64,000 nucleotides of DNA from Glaucostegus cemiculus (Eukaryota): contig CDPCPM010000061.1 in the NCBI GenBank assembly GCA_976551045.1, positions 4,216,001 to 4,280,000 on the forward strand. The letters run 5' to 3'. Under the pieces are notes generated by a model that saw nothing but the letters and a program-made list of their open reading frames with translations, made no database searches and was not told where the DNA came from. Position 1 is the stretch's first letter; each line of letters opens with the position of its first letter. Shown in pieces: positions 1 through 13,675 of this stretch. Position numbers and translations under genes: made by a program.

Positions 1-3000
1 CTATGCAGCTTCACTAGTGATTCTCAGGCATAGTAAATAACCAAGCATTTTTTGCAGTTAATATAACATAAACTGATATAATTGACTGGATTTCATGTGT
101 TTGGTCTCTCTGTTTTTAATTCCAATTCATACAATCAATGTTTGAGGAGGCCATCCTATATCAGTACTCTGCTTCTGGCCAGACTACAAGCTGAGAATGA
201 CATCCTAAGTTATAACCACAGCAGTTTCTTGCAAGGTACAGGAAGACTGGAAAAAGTAGTACGTTCCACAACTGAGTGCCCTCTGCTTAGTCCTGTGCTT
301 GCTAACTTACATAGGTGTTAGTTTGTTTTTAAAATTCTCTGTCCTTATTTCAAAACCATCCCTATTTTTGTTGCCTTATTTGAGCCCAGATATCAGTACT
401 CCTCCAAACCTAAGCTCCTACCCTTGATTCATTTTCATTTTTCTCCCATTCTTGGCTGCCTCTTCAACTGTCTTAGCCCCACCTCTCGGATTCCTTCCCT
501 AAAACTCTGCACCTGTCCACGTCCTCTCCTCTGAAACCTACTGCTTGACCAAGATTTTGACCTCCTTGCGTAACTTGGTTTTCCGTTGCCATGCAGTGCC
601 TTGGCCTGTTTGGCTACAGTAGTTGCAAGTCGTTGCTGAGACTGTGGATAGTCGACGCGAGAAACTGAAGTTTCAGTCTGGGAGGAAGTGATAAAACTAG
701 TCCTGTGGTTTGTGGGGAGGGCGAACTAGAACCTGATCTTTCCATTTGGCCGTTAAAGATGCTGCAACCTTTCGAATTGCTTTATGTGGGAGGGGAAGGC
801 GCAGGAACGAGGGGAGTGAGGGCGAGGGACGTTGGTGGTTGACAGACATTGTGCAGAATCTGAAAGCAAAATGTTGCGGATGTTGGAAAATTTGGAAGTA
901 CTTGTTACATTAGGCAGCAGTTGTAGAAAGAGGAAGAGAGTTGACGTTTTAGGTTGACGGCCTTTCGGAACTGAATCGTTTATTGAATGCAGGTACAAAA
1001 AGTCCTGTCATCAGCCGTGTGATTTTGGAGGTGGGTAAAGCAATGTTGGAGGGGGGCTGTCAAATGCATTGTGGAAGGGGGCTGTACAGAGCACTGGGGA
1101 AGGGGGCAGGATGAAGGAGGTGGGAAAGGTGCTGGATGGATGGAGGGGAGGGGGCAGGATGGAACAGGGAGGAAGGGACTGGATGGAGTGGGGGTAGGGA
1201 GGCTGTACTGAGCTGGGAGAAGGGTCCTATGGTTAGTTGGGGAGTGGATCCTTCATACAGCTGAGGTGTTGGTGGGAAGGGATTCCAGATCTGTGTCTGG
1301 CCTCGGAAGGTTTTGGTTTGCATTCAGCACATCAGCTGAAGAGCCATGAACATTTCCGGCACCAGCATGTTTAGTTAGGGATGTGTTTTACATCCATTCT
1401 CCTGTTTCTGTCACGGATTCATCGTTTTTCTCTCTCTGCTGCATGAACAATACAGCAGCAGTCTGCTCCGAATCACCAGAGGACATGAATATAAATGAGT
1501 ACCAATGGATTCAGCCTTCTGCTTGAGTAAACACGTTTAAATAGTTTCTTTCCAAGGCCAGTGTTAAGATTGGAACATTGTCCCTCAGGAGATCATGACT
1601 CATACTTGGATTAATGTTTGTTAGGAAAGCATCCTTTGGTTTACATAGCAAGTATCTGTGAGGAGTGAGGTGGTTTATGTTAGTTGTACAGTAGATTAAG
1701 CATCTTCTTCAGATGTACTTGTCACAATAGAACTAGGAAACACTTTAATTTGAAGCAAGTTGAGGTTTTTTTAACATTCTCTATCGACAGCTGAGTGTCA
1801 CCCACTAGTCTGTGAGGGATGGGTGTTCTGTATGGGCTCACTGCACACAGTCGATTGTAAAACCGACAAAATCAGTTTGTTCAGAAGGCATTCTATTTAT
1901 AAGAGCAAAGGAAACAGAATTTATGAATGAACCACAGCAACTCCTCCCAATCCAAGCAGGGTAATTCTGAAAGAAGTGCACAGAGTGGAGGACAGTAACA
2001 GCTTGATTGACCGTGGAGTTAAGTGAGTTCACTCTTGCTTGGAATATTGTCAATATATGCTGCATTTTAAATTAACACGACCCACAGACCTACTTTATCA
2101 TCCCTTTAGTACTTATAGGTATTTTGCTTCAAAAAAGTACCAGTCTTTTTTATGGACTTTTATCTCCCTTCATTCTTGTTAGTTTAGTTTGATAAATCTT
2201 GCTCAGTTGGTCTCATTCTCTCTTTTAGGTCAGAGAGTTGCAGGTGCTTAACACCACTCCAGAACCTAGAATGATGCTTGAGTGTAGTACTGAGGGAGTG
2301 CTGCACTGTTAATGATGTCCTCCAGAAATGCTTTTGAACACACTTGGAATGGAGTACTTAGAATGGAGTACATTTCTATAAATGACCTGATCTCAGATCA
2401 AACAAAATCACTTTCGTTCTTCATATAAAATTCTGTCATACTGTGATCACTGTTCCCTAAAAGCTCCTTAATTACCGGTTCATAAACATACAGATCTAAA
2501 GAGCCATCTCGTCCTCAACTCCATTTCTGCTAGTTTGATTTCCAAGTCTATATGCAGGTTAAAGTTTCTCAGGATTCTTGTATTAACCCTATTAAATGTG
2601 CATCTTAATTTCCTGGTTTAGTCTCGGTGTTTGGGATGCCCGTAGATAACTCACACCAGCATTGTTGCTCCTTGTTGTTTCTTAGCTCCAACTACATTCT
2701 TTCTACTTGATTTCCTGAGATGTAATCCTTCGCTCTACTGACTTGATCTCATTCTTTAATATCAGGGCTAGCCCACTCCCTTTTCCATTTCTGTCTATCT
2801 CTTTAAAAGTTAAGTATCCTGGAATAATTAATTCCCAGTATTCGTCACATTGCAGTTGCCCCAGTGATGGTTATTAGATGGTACCCATTTACTTTAAATG
2901 TGCCATTAATTTACCTACCTTGAGACTGATGGCAAGTGCATTCATTCAGATAAAGTATCTTCAGTTCTGTTTTATCTCCATTCTGACCAGTTCCAGGTAA

Positions 3001-3004
3001 ACAC

Positions 3005-3320
3005 AGGCAGTACAGTGGCACAGTTAGTAGAGGTGCTGCCTCCCATCTGCAGCGATTCCACATTCAATCCTGACCTCTGCTGCTGTCTCTGTGGCGTTTG
3101 CATGTTCTTCCTATGACTGCATGGGTTTCCTCTGAGTGATTCAGTTTCCTTGCAAATCCCAAAGATGTGCCACTGTAAGTTGTCCCTACGTGTGGGTGAA
3201 TGCTAGCTTCTGGAGATAGTTGAGGGGAATGTGGAGAGAATAAAATGGGATTAGTGTAAAAGGGTGCACAGTTCTTGTCCTGGTTTGATAGATCAAGGGC
3301 CTGTTCCTGTGCTGTATGAG
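3005..3320 (+). mobile_element. Older HE1-like V-SINE with CR1-type tail (similar decayed copies ~21960-22250 +, ~52930-53220 -, ~55725-55905 +)
   Basis: tRNA-like head, decayed V-domain (gtttgcatgttcttcctatgactgcatgggtttcctc), 3' end gggcctgttcctgtgctgtatga shared with CR1. Confidence 0.7.
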
Positions 3321-3706
3321 AAACTATTAAAGTCTTGCGTTTGTATGCACTGGTCTACACTATGCAACTCTGCATGATTTTTTTTGCCCTTTCTTTCTAT
3401 ATAATCCCCTCACCAAAATCCTTCTCCCACAATTTAGTTTAAAGCCTTTTTCTACAGCCATAACTAATCATTTATGATTAGTAAGCCTTCAGCTTGCTTT
3501 GCGAAGCTTTAACCAGTAGAAAAGCTCCCTCTTTCCCTAGCCCTGTTCCCAGTGTATGAATTGAAACCCATTTCTCTCACACTACTACTGAGCCATGCAT
3601 TCAGTTATTTGATCTTATATATCCTAAATCAATTTGCATGTGTGTCAGGTAGTAATTCAGAGATTATTACCTCTGTGGTTCTGCCTTTTAATTTGGGCCC
3701 TAATTA

Positions 3707-3965
3707 TGGTAGTGTAGCTGTTAGCTTAATGCTTTACAGCGCCAGGGACCCGGGTTCAATTCCGGCCACTGTCTGTAAGGAGTACATTATCCCTGTGCCT
3801 GTGTGTGTTTCCTCCCACATTCCAAAGACGTACAGGTTAGGAAGTTGTGGGCATGCTTTGTTGGCGCCGGAAGTGTGGCGACACTTGCGGGCTGCCCCCA
3901 GAACACTCTAAAGATGCATTTTTTCTGTGTGTTTCGATGTACTTGTGACAGTAAAGAAATCTTAT
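3707..3965 (+). mobile_element. tRNA-derived V-SINE (young family), internally deleted
   Basis: A-box-like tggtagtgtagctg and B-box ggttcaattcc. Body matches the copies at 6096, 42882, 46464 and 48824. Confidence 0.8.
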
Positions 3966-4669
3966 AAGGACATGAGACATAGGAGCAGAATTAGGCCATT
4001 TGGACTTCCTTCTTTGTCCAATTTATATCATTGGTTCTCCATGGACCACAACAATTGGAACTTTCCCCTTTCAGTCTATTCCTCTCCAGCCTTTGAGATA
4101 TATGCAAAACCCTGGATACTCTCTTCCACTCACCCAACTTGAACGGCCACCTGTACCACTGTGCTGCAGTCATTTTGCCCATCCACACTGTAGACCTTGT
4201 TCTCATCCACACAGGGTGCAGGAGCTTGGCACCTGCTACACAGGTGAAAGGGCTCTGGCTCCTCCGATGCTACCTCTGGATCCCCAGGCTTGCCCCAGTT
4301 TTAGTCACACCTTCCTGACCATTTCTACCATATCTAATCTAAGGGGTGTGCCTGCCTCCAGGAGCAACGCATCATGTAACATTCCCCCTTCCTAATGGCA
4401 CGCTGTCTCTGAGCCTTAACCTCTGAGCCAAGGTTCCTCGATCTGCAGACACATACTCTATGGTTTCAATCAACTCCTAGACGCTGCAGCTGCAAACTAT
4501 CACCTGTCCTGCCATTCTGGTGCTAAAATATTCTATTAGCCTCTTGTACTGTTCCAGAAAACTCAATGTGAGTTCTAGGAACAGCAACTGACCTTCCAAT
4601 TAGGCATGTTACAGCCCTATGGGTCACAACAATGAAACCAACAACTTTAAATAACCAAACTTTCCTGTT

Positions 4670-5270
4670 TGCATCATTTATTAATTGAGCTATTGAGTAT
4701 AGGAGTCAAGAAGTTATGATGTACTTCTAGAACTCTGGTTAGGCCGCATCTAGAGTATCGTGTGCAATTCTGGTCACCTCACTAATAGAAAGGATGTCGA
4801 GGCTTTAGAGAGGGTGCAGAGGAGGCTTACCAGGATGCTGCCTGGATTAGACGGCATGTGCTGTCAGCAGAGGCTGCACAAACTTGGGTTCTTTTCTCTG
4901 GAGCGGCGGAGGCTGAGGGGTGATCTGTTGGAAGTGTATAAAATTATGAGGGGCAGAGATAGGGTGGACAAGCAATATCTTTTTCCCATTATTGAGCGAT
5001 CCAGTACCAGAGGGCATGCATTTAAGGTGAGAGGGGGCAGGTTCAGAACGGACGTGAAGGGTATGTTTTCTACTGAGAGAGTGGTGGATGCCTGGAATGC
5101 ATGGCCTGATAGGGCAGTGGAGGCAAATTCATTGGAGGTACTTAGGAGGGACTTGGATGGGCACATGAATGAGAGGAAAATAGAGGCATTTTGTAGGTAG
5201 GAGAGATTAGCTATGTCGGCACAACATTGTGGGGCGAAGGGCCTGTTCTGTGCTGTACTGTTCTATGTAA
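4670..5270 (+). mobile_element. CR1-clade LINE 3' fragment (HER1-like)
   Basis: KDVEALERVQRRLTRMLPGL...LERRRLRGDLLEVYKIM...TRGH.FK...ERVVDAWN; CR1 3' end gggcctgttctgtgctgta. Confidence 0.9.
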
Positions 5271-5603
5271 AATTGTCAACCTGTTTCATTAACTCTCTAC
5301 AAATGCTGCCTGACCTGCTGGATATTTCCAGCATTTTCTTTTATTCCGGATTTACTGTAGCTGCAGTGGTTTGTATCTCCTGGTTCCAACACTGACATAT
5401 TTCCCTTCTCTGTCCTAATTCATCTCCTTTTACTTACATCTCCTCTGGACATCAGCTGTGATTAATGAACCTCACTGCACCATCTCAGCCAGCACTACCA
5501 CCTTTTGTGCCAATCAGCTCATTGATTTCCAACCAATCAAAGACGTTCCTTCAGTTCTCTCCTCCCCTGCAACTTGAAACATGTTTAATTTCGAACTCTT
5601 CCT

Positions 5604-5640
5604 AGTTCTGATGAAAGGTCATTGACTTGAAGCATTGCTC
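5604..5640 (+). ncRNA. Degenerate hammerhead-like motif, second family
   Basis: AGUU-CUGAUGA-A-AGGUC-AUU-GACUU-GAAGC; GAAA box mutated. Confidence 0.4.
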
Positions 5641-6095
5641 CTGTTTCCCTCTCTGCACTACTGTTGCACATATTGAGTCTTTCCAACATTCTCTGCTTTT
5701 ATTTACCTTCTCATCGGCTGCTGCTTTCTTGACGTGAGGTGAGAAAGGGAGGTAGAGATTTTGAAGAGAGGGTGGATGATGGAGAAGAAAGACTCTCCAA
5801 TTGATTTTATCAAGCTGGGAGTGTGGAATCAACAGTCTGAGCCAAGTAGAGTTGGCTCAAAGTGTATTTTAGTGCACTTAGGTGAACTTTACTGTATTTT
5901 GGCCTTGTATTGCATATGGGGTAAACATGACTGATATTTGTGAAACAGCCATGTTGATGAAAACAAATTAGGTGAGTTGGGTCCATTTTGGGTTGTACCT
6001 TCTCACCGTGTTGATTTTCCCAATATCTTTAGCTTCTTAAAACTCTGCTGTAGTTTGCTACCACAGAATAATAAAGTGGTGCAAATGGAAGATAG

Positions 6096-6389
6096 GATAA
6101 GATCTTTATCAGTCACGTGTACATCAAAACACACACTGAAATACATCTTTTGCTTAGTGATTTTGGGGGGCAGCCCGCAAGTTTCGCCACGTTTCCAGTG
6201 CCGACACAGCATGCCCACAACTACCTAACCTGTACGCCTTTGGAATGTGAGAGGAAACCGGAGCACCCGGAGGAAACCCACGCAGACACGGGGAGAACGT
6301 ACAAACCCCTTACAGACAGTGGCCAGATTTGAACCCAGGTCGCTGGCGCTGTAAAGCATTGTTCTAACCACTATGCTACCGTGCCGTCC
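6096..6389 (-). mobile_element. tRNA-derived V-SINE (young family)
   Basis: V-domain gttctccccgtgtctgcgtgggtttcctccgggtgctccggtttcctc on the - strand; tRNA-like head with ggttcaaatc. Confidence 0.88.
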
Positions 6390-6854
6390 CAGTGTTATTC
6401 TTATTATCTCATCAGGTAGACTGAACGTATTAACAGAGTCCACAAGTAAATGGCACATCACAATCGGATGGTTTTTGTTCTATCTATACAATGGCTGTCA
6501 AAATCATTTTTAGAAACAAACTTCCCAATTTCGTGCTGAGTCCTGACTGCTCACAGTAATCTGACTGACGTACTGGGAATTAGAATTCCTTCTCCTGTTT
6601 GCATATATCAGCAGATGTGGTTTCTGGAGTGTTTGTGTACAGTATCTCACTCTGTAGCAAGCATTACATCTATATTTAATACTTTCAAATCTGGCTGGTG
6701 CAGGAAAATGCTCAATACTTTGAAGCCAGTTGCTTAACCTTGAGAACCCTTCCAACAGCCTTATCTGGGAGCATCATGCATTAAATAAGGAAGTTAATCA
6801 GCCCAGCCTTAAAAGGGAAATGGGTTAAGCATATGCACAAGCAAAATGTTGACT

Positions 6855-7125
6855 GAAGGATAAATATTGGTGTGAGTGCGGCAAAGAACTGCCCTGTTTT
6901 TCTTAAAATAATGCCCTGAATATTTCACATCCAGCACAGACTTGGCAATGATTTTTGCATCTCATCTTAAAGACAGAACCTCTGACAGTGCGGTACTTCT
7001 GGTACTGCACTGAAATGTCAGGCTGAATTATGTAATTAAATCTTAGATGCGGTTCTGGACTCACAGTTCTCTGACTTGGAAGCAAGAAGGATACTACTGT
7101 CCAAGGCTTGGATGCCACTATCCAA
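6855..7125 (-). mobile_element. Ancient Deu-domain SINE (SacSINE1/AmnSINE-like); other decayed copies ~2225-2320 +, ~25140-25320 -, ~43490-43820 -, ~58600-58790 -
   Basis: Recognised from memory of the family core cagtactgagggagtgctgcactgtcagagg...tggatgtaaaa...gaagagcaggg, here reverse-complemented and diverged. Confidence 0.55.
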
Positions 7126-7845
7126 GGCTGACACCCAAAGAAGAGAGATAAAAGAATGAAGCTTGGAGGTACATACAGCAGTAATTGATATAGGCAGTTG
7201 GTATAATTTCAGCTACCTGATATGTGAAGACAAAATTTTAAATTAGTAAAAATGACATTTAATTGAGGTCATAAAAATGTCCACTGAAACATTCACCATT
7301 AAGTAGATTTGTCAGGTTGGACTGGTGAATAAAAAATATCAGATAGGATAGTGCAGCAGATAATGTGGCCACCTCATGACTCTGAGGACCTGGATTCAGA
7401 CCTGACCTCCCATATCCCAGAGACGTATTAGTAGGTTAATCCCTTACTGGAAGTTGATGGACATGTGTGAGAGAGAAATAACTGAAGTTTCTCTGGGACG
7501 CAGCACAGACTTGCTGAGGCTAAGAGCCAAGGTAAGCAGGTAAGATAAATTCACCATGCTTTTGGATGTTAAGATATATGTCTTGAAGTGAAGAGGTAAA
7601 AGGCTCAATTACCTTATTGTACCTTTTGACTATTTCTTGCTTTGCGTGTCCATGTAGGTAACATTTAGATGCAGTTCATTGAACAATTCATGGCTTGTTA
7701 TCTAATTTTATGAGAATGTATGTGTGGGGCTATCTTGTACCTTTTGAGTCTTCCATTAGATCTAATATTCCAACTTTTGGATAGTTGATCTGGCTGTAAC
7801 GGTGCTCGAGTGACTTATATCTTCTTCCTTGCCTGTTTGTTTTAG

Positions 7846-7965
7846 TAAACTCACAGATGGAAAGCCACTTCTTGTGAGGGTCAAAGGGATCGAGTACATG
7901 AACGATGACCCAAGTATGGTTGATATCCTTTATGGAAAAATTGAAATGAAAGATGGAACAGACAA
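7846..7965 (+). CDS. ASCC1: ASCC1 internal coding exon (120 bp): KLTDGKPLLVRVKGIEYMNDDPSMVDILYGKIEMKDGTD(K)
   Basis: Pyrimidine tract plus tttag acceptor (7841-7845) and gtaagt donor (7966). Translation matches remembered ASCC1 GIEYMNDDP.MVD.LY motif. Phase is compatible with the next exon. Confidence 0.95.
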
Positions 7966-10900
7966 GTAAGTGATGAAGATTCTGTTAGCTCTTTCTATCT
8001 CAAAGTGGTTTCCACAACAAGACTAAAACTTGAGGGAATGAATTCATTCTTAAGCCTATTCTTAATAATTCCACCCCACTTCTTTCTCCTGCCTCGTGAT
8101 CATACCTCTCCTCACACCTGTCCAACATTCATTGATAAACATGCGGTCAAAAATAATAGAATTCCCGAAATTAAATTGCAGTATATTGCATCCTCCCTAC
8201 TCTGTTGAAAAATAAAGAAAGGCAGTACTTTGAAAGTGACCTTTACTGTGAAGGATCTCTTCCTGTGGTGTGTCAGTTGAATGGTTTGCCTTAATGATGA
8301 CTTTCATTTCTAAACAATTTATTGAGATATTTCTGAGAGGCATGACAAGATATAAGGGTGCCGTTACTTGTAATGTGATTTTTCTCTGTATTTGCTCCAC
8401 GGCCATTTTCAGTCACTATTTTTGGTGTTCAGGGATGAAGCTACGGGTATGGACAAATGTAATTTCTGGAATTTATTGTAATTGATGTGGAACTTGGTTG
8501 TTTAGGCACTGATAATTACAGGCCGAGTTGTAGATTAGTGAAAGTACACAACTAGGTCAGTCAGATGGTGTCAGAAGACTGTTGGTACATCACTGATGAA
8601 GAGAATACCGGCTGTGTATGTCCATCAAATTGTGTTTGTAATTTGCATTTTAATTTTTTTTTTTCATTTTAATTTTACCACGGATCATGGTCCTTAAACA
8701 TTTTCTTTATGGATTGAAGTTAATAATTGTCTATAGAATGGTCTTTAACCAAGCAATTAGTAAATAAAATCTATCAAAATGTGCTCCAAATCCTTACGCA
8801 GACCACAGTGTCACCAGCTTGCTCACAAATCAGGGGTAGCTCTTTCGGAACCAAGGGTAGGTGCAGAGATTATGTTGATTTGTGCCTATCTCTCTTATGA
8901 CAGAGTTTGCAAACTCACTATTAGTAAATACAGCAAGCAAAAGTGTGTGTGCGCCCTGTGTCATCAGACCCTTGCCCCCTCCAACACCCCTGAGAAAGCC
9001 AGATGATCTAAACTGAGGACGGCCATAACTCTGCAGTTTCTGATGGTGATGAAACAGGTGGACAAAGCCAGTGACCCCGCGAGTTTTTCCTGGTGCTTGG
9101 AATTGCTGCTGTTCTGAGGGTTATCTACTAATCAATTCTAATCCCTGCTCTCAGTAAACTCAGTGAGTCTACTTGCCTAGGTGAAATGCCAGACTCAAGA
9201 GGTGTTCAAACTGAGTGATGAAACCAGTGTTGAGATAATAGAATCACCGATAATGTTATTTAAATACTCCAATGCTGTATTACTGGACAGTGTAAAGACC
9301 TATTATAGCTATGTCCTACCAGTGTAATGCAGTGAATTCTGAGGCATATGCTTTTAAAGTCATATTGTTTACTGTTGCTTTTTTACATGGAAAATTAATG
9401 CAATTCTCACCTACCTAGGGGATGTGACAGCCGTGTGGCTGCTCCTGCCTAAGTCCTCTGCATTTCCCTCTACTCCAGGGACTTTCGCAATGAGGCACCG
9501 TTTGTTGGATTGGCTCCTGCTTTGTGGGATGCATGCGGTTAATGTTATTACCATATATTGTCCTTCAGAAGAAGATAGAGAAATTGTTAGTTTCTGGAAC
9601 TCCACTTATTTACAAATTGGAACTCGTATTGTTGAGTGTTGTTCCTAGTCCGTAAGTCACCACGGTGAAAAAACACTTCCTTGTGTGCTTCTTTTGCCCA
9701 AACAATCAGATTACCAACATGAGATGTACTCATTGTGTTCTCAATGAAACCAGAGGTTCTATGGGAGAAGGCAAAGCCCATGTCTGCTTAAAGAGATTCT
9801 ATTTGTGTTGGCTGTTTGGCAGGCCATTTATGTCATCTGCTTTGAAATGCCTCTCGATTACAGTTGTGTGCAGAATTATCTGGCAATATAGTTAAACAAG
9901 ATTACATTCTGTAACCTTGAAAAGCAACCCTGTGGGACATGGACTACTTGAGAAATGATCCAGAATACTTATGTACTGAGACTGGAGACATGGTGTTATC
10001 ACTGAGTAATACATTTCCTGATTAAACCTTAACAAAATTTCTCATTGTTTTCTGTGTTAATTGTTCCTGTCTGCCTATATTTAAGTTTCAAAGTACTTTA
10101 TTTCTCTTTCACACGGAGAACAATGAGAAATAACTTTTGGCTTTCAAAAAACGTGCTCTGCCCCACCTCCCTCACCTGCATCTCTCAAAACCCTTTTCAC
10201 CTCTAAAACAAGTTTCTCTGTTGCTGCAACTTTCACTTCCATCGAGGTCAAGGATCAGGACCCATTTCCAGATCTTCAGCAAGCTGATGTTTCAATGTGG
10301 TACTTAAGTGTAGATTGATAAAAGTTGGCTTTCCAATTGTAACAACATACTGGTGGTTAAGCTATTCAGTGGAATACTGAACCCCCAAACTTGTCTTCCT
10401 GATCTGTGCTGAATTTAGAGTCTCAATGCCTAGGGATAAGGAGTGATAGGATCACCCAAACTAATAGTGACCATTGATGAAGACGGGTTTTGGATGTGAA
10501 TAGGTTAGCCTGAGGCAGGGTGCAACCCATGGAGAAACAGCCTGCCATTAAAGGTTTGCCAGGATTGATGCTTTTTGGAAACTGTAAAACATTGCACTAG
10601 ATAGGAGATGTTTGTTATTTAGGAATGTGAACTATCCGGCAAAAAACAAGTCAAGGTGATTATACGTGCCAAATGGGGTTGAGTGTTTAAGAAGATATTT
10701 GGAAGAGTAAGGATATTCAGGAATATGGTGGAAGGGAAAAGGCAGGAATAATAAATTAGGTGTGTCACTGTCAAAAACAAGGCAAATATGCCTTTGAGGT
10801 GAACATTCCCTTCTGTTGTCTGTCTCTCAGCAAATGGAGACCTTACCATGCACACTGATGTTAAGGCATTGAGATGAATGCATAGACTTGGGGCAAGCTT

Positions 10901-11084
10901 GGCAGCTGTTAGATCCTAACTTCCTGTCCTCTTTCCTATCTCTTGGAGTGGAAAAACTGCACCTTGAGGGAAGGGTTGAGTTCGAAAGCACTTGAGCTAC
11001 AAGTCTGTGATCATCCGGTGGAGGTGAATGCTGCTACTTTGCTGCTTGTCTTCCTATAATGACCTGTACTCCCTCTGTGTACAG

Positions 11085-11209
11085 GTTGCAGCAGATTGCT
11101 GATGGGCTGCTGGAGCGATTTATTGCCTCAGGGCTGATGGGGAAAGAATGGGACAAGGTGAAGCTCCACGCTACTTTGATGAATACGCTCTTCAGAAGAG
11201 ATCCAACAG
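11085..11209 (+). CDS. ASCC1: ASCC1 internal coding exon (125 bp): LQQIADGLLERFIASGLMGKEWDKVKLHATLMNTLFRRDPT; contains second 2H-phosphoesterase HxT motif
   Basis: acag acceptor (11081-11084) and gtgcgt donor (11210). Contains KLHATLMNTLFR. Overlaps track ORF 11059-11313. aa|g junction rebuilds a Lys codon with the previous exon. Confidence 0.96.
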
Positions 11210-12109
11210 GTGCGTGCACAATACTCATCCCATCCAGCACGATGTCACTCAGTGTCAGTCACACACAGTCTGATAGATGCTGGGCTACCCACACAGTTAT
11301 ACTCAGGTACTAACTTATAGCAATGTCTATAGGCTGGGGTATCATCTTTTCTGAAATTATTTAAGATGTTTCACAGGGTTTACGTTTCAGTTCCACTAAT
11401 ATCTGTAAAAGGAAAATGCAGGTTAATACTTCAGCATAGTTCTGATGAAGGACCCACATCTGAAAGGCTAACCTGACCTTTCCATGACTATATGCAGTAA
11501 TGTTACAAGTATGAGAGGACCTTTAAAACACTTTATGATTTTATTAAAAACACTAGCCAGAGGAAATTCTTCTTGTTGATGCCAACTTTTGCTCAAATTT
11601 ATCCAAATCCTACATTGATTTTGTGCACACTGTCCTACTTCAAAATATGTCCCTTTAACTGCTCCTCCAGTAAGACATGCAATTTTCATTGCAATTATTT
11701 GTTAGAAAAGGCAAGGTGTACAATGGAATTATGAAGGTGCACAGGTTACAGGTATCAGTACTGGGCTACCTGTCTGTTTCTGGCCTGCAAGAAACGGCTA
11801 AAATCTCAGTCTTATTTTATCTGGTATGTGGAGACTTCCTGTTGTGTTTTTGATGGAGTTGCAGTACTCTTTCTCAGGGTCCTCAGTTGGAATAAGCCTG
11901 AAGCTTGCAAATGAACTTTGGTGAGGTGCCAGCGAATGAAACACTCCCCTCGCAGGTGCTGACACCTGCAGGAGGGAAGGAGAGAAAGTTGACAGGAAAA
12001 AACCCAGCCGGGATATAGATACTGATCTTGCACCATCTAAGTTCTACCCCAGGCAGTTAACTAATGTGAGATCCAGTGTTATTTCTGGACAGAATGAATT
12101 TATTACCAA

Positions 12110-12380
12110 AATAATGCTGTTTTCTTTAGAACAGAGGAGAAATTTAATCGAGGTACATAAGAGTGATCCAGAAAGACTGAATAGGAAGGACCCATTCCTC
12201 AAGTTAAAAAGGTCAATGACTAGGGTGCATAAAGCATTTAATGAAAGGAGTAGAGGGGAGTTGAAGGAAGAAAAAATCATCCAAGAGTGATGGGTTTGGA
12301 ACGCTGCCTAAAAGGATTGTGGGGGCAGAAACACTCATTACATTTAAAAAGTATCTGAATGAGCTCTTTTAATGTGTCAG
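12110..12380 (+). mobile_element. Degenerate CR1 3' fragment
   Basis: LFSLEQRR.NLIEVHK remnant; tggaacgctgcctaaaagg..gtgggggcagaaac. Confidence 0.6.
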
Positions 12381-12543
12381 GACTGGATACTGAGTTGAAA
12401 AGTGGTGTTAGGTTAGATGGTGCTTTTTCAGAGGCATGAACAGTTGGGCTTCCACTATAAATTCCTGTGATAAGAGTGCCTTTGTCATTGTGGTTTGGTG
12501 GCTGTGACAAACTACCAATAACTCAAACCTCTATTACTTTCAG

Positions 12544-12623
12544 TGGAAGGAGGAAACAACACTGCTTTGGGGAAGCAGAATTTACGTGAAAGGGAATCAT
12601 TTGATGCAAGAAATGTGTTAAAG
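12544..12623 (+). CDS. ASCC1: ASCC1 internal coding exon (80 bp): (V)EGGNNTALGKQNLRERESFDARNVLK
   Basis: tttcag acceptor and gtcagt donor. ERESFDARN.LK matches ASCC1 ERESFDGRNILK. Phase 1 in, phase 0 out, fitting both neighbours. Confidence 0.93.
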
Positions 12624-13335
12624 GTCAGTATTAAGCCTCAATTTAAAAAATGCATCTAGTTTCCAGGAACACATTCTGAACAGTGCTGAGTTGGGTCAAT
12701 GGCTTTAACTAGAATAGTGGGATGCTGTGCAGAGCAGGTAACATCTCCCGTGATTCTTGACTACACAGAGAGCAGGAGACTGTTCTCTGTTGTCCTGACC
12801 AATATTTACCCAATTAACATCTCTTAACCTAGAGATATAGATATCATTTCTTACTCTACTGGGACACTGTTTCCTGCAATCTGGTTGTCTGCTTTCTACA
12901 TTAGAGTCATAGAGCCATCTAGTCATACAGCACAGAAACAGGCTCTTCAGCACACCATCTGCTGCTTGTTGTACCTATCTACACCAATCCCATTTACCGA
13001 CATTGGGTCATAGCCTTTTATGCCTTGGCAATTCAAGTATTTATCTAGATGCTGCTTAAACTCACACTGGTGAACGTTTCAAAAGTGCTTCTTCAGCTGT
13101 GGAATGCTTCGGAATGTTCTGAAGTCTTGAAAGGTACTGCGTGATGGCAAATCTTTGCAATGTTGTAGTTTAAGAATAACTGCATTTTGGAAGTGAATGT
13201 AAATGAATGCAATATCTGACCAGTGAGGAAGGATCCATCGGTTGATCCTGTAGGGCACCAGCTGGGCTCTGTTTGATTACATTTTCAGAAAATTGTGCTC
13301 TTGAGCTGCACAGCTGGCTGCTGTACCTCTGAGAG

Positions 13336-13675
13336 AGTACGCTGCCCGGAGTGCTCGCCCTCCAGTACGCTGCCCGGAGTGCTCGCCCTCCAGTACGCTG
13401 CCCGGAGTGCTCGCCCTCCAGTACGCTGCCCGGAGTGCTCGCCCTCCAGTACGCTGCCCGGAGTGCTCGCCCTCCAGTACGCTGCCCGGAGTCCTCGCCT
13501 TCCAGTACGCTGCCCGGAGTCCTCGCCTTCCAGTACGCTGCCCGGAGTCCTCGCCTTCCAGTACGCTGCCCGGTGTGCTCACCCTCCAGTACGCTGCCCG
13601 GTGTGCTCGCCCTCCAGTACGCTGCCCGGAGTGCTCGCCCTCCAGTACGCCGCCCGGAGTGCTCACCTTCCAGTA
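13336..13675. repeat. 28-bp minisatellite, 12 units, consensus AGTACGCTGCCCGGAGTGCTCGCCCTCC
   Basis: Counted directly: 12 x 28 bp from 13336 to 13671 plus a partial unit. Confidence 0.97.

Noticed and set aside
560-860. Mildly CpG-rich patch suggesting an intronic promoter
   Set aside because: Short, with no convincing motif set or downstream exon.
1050-1330. Pro-rich minus-strand ORF and purine-rich tract
   Set aside because: Low-complexity sequence next to a Penelope terminal repeat, like the UTR at 43990-44340.
3707-3780. tRNA gene (A/B boxes)
   Set aside because: It is the tRNA-derived head of a SINE; there is no complete cloverleaf and it runs into the V-domain.
1-7845. Upstream ASCC1 exon with the first HxT motif (LHLT)
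   Set aside because: Not found by eye; presumably upstream of the window.
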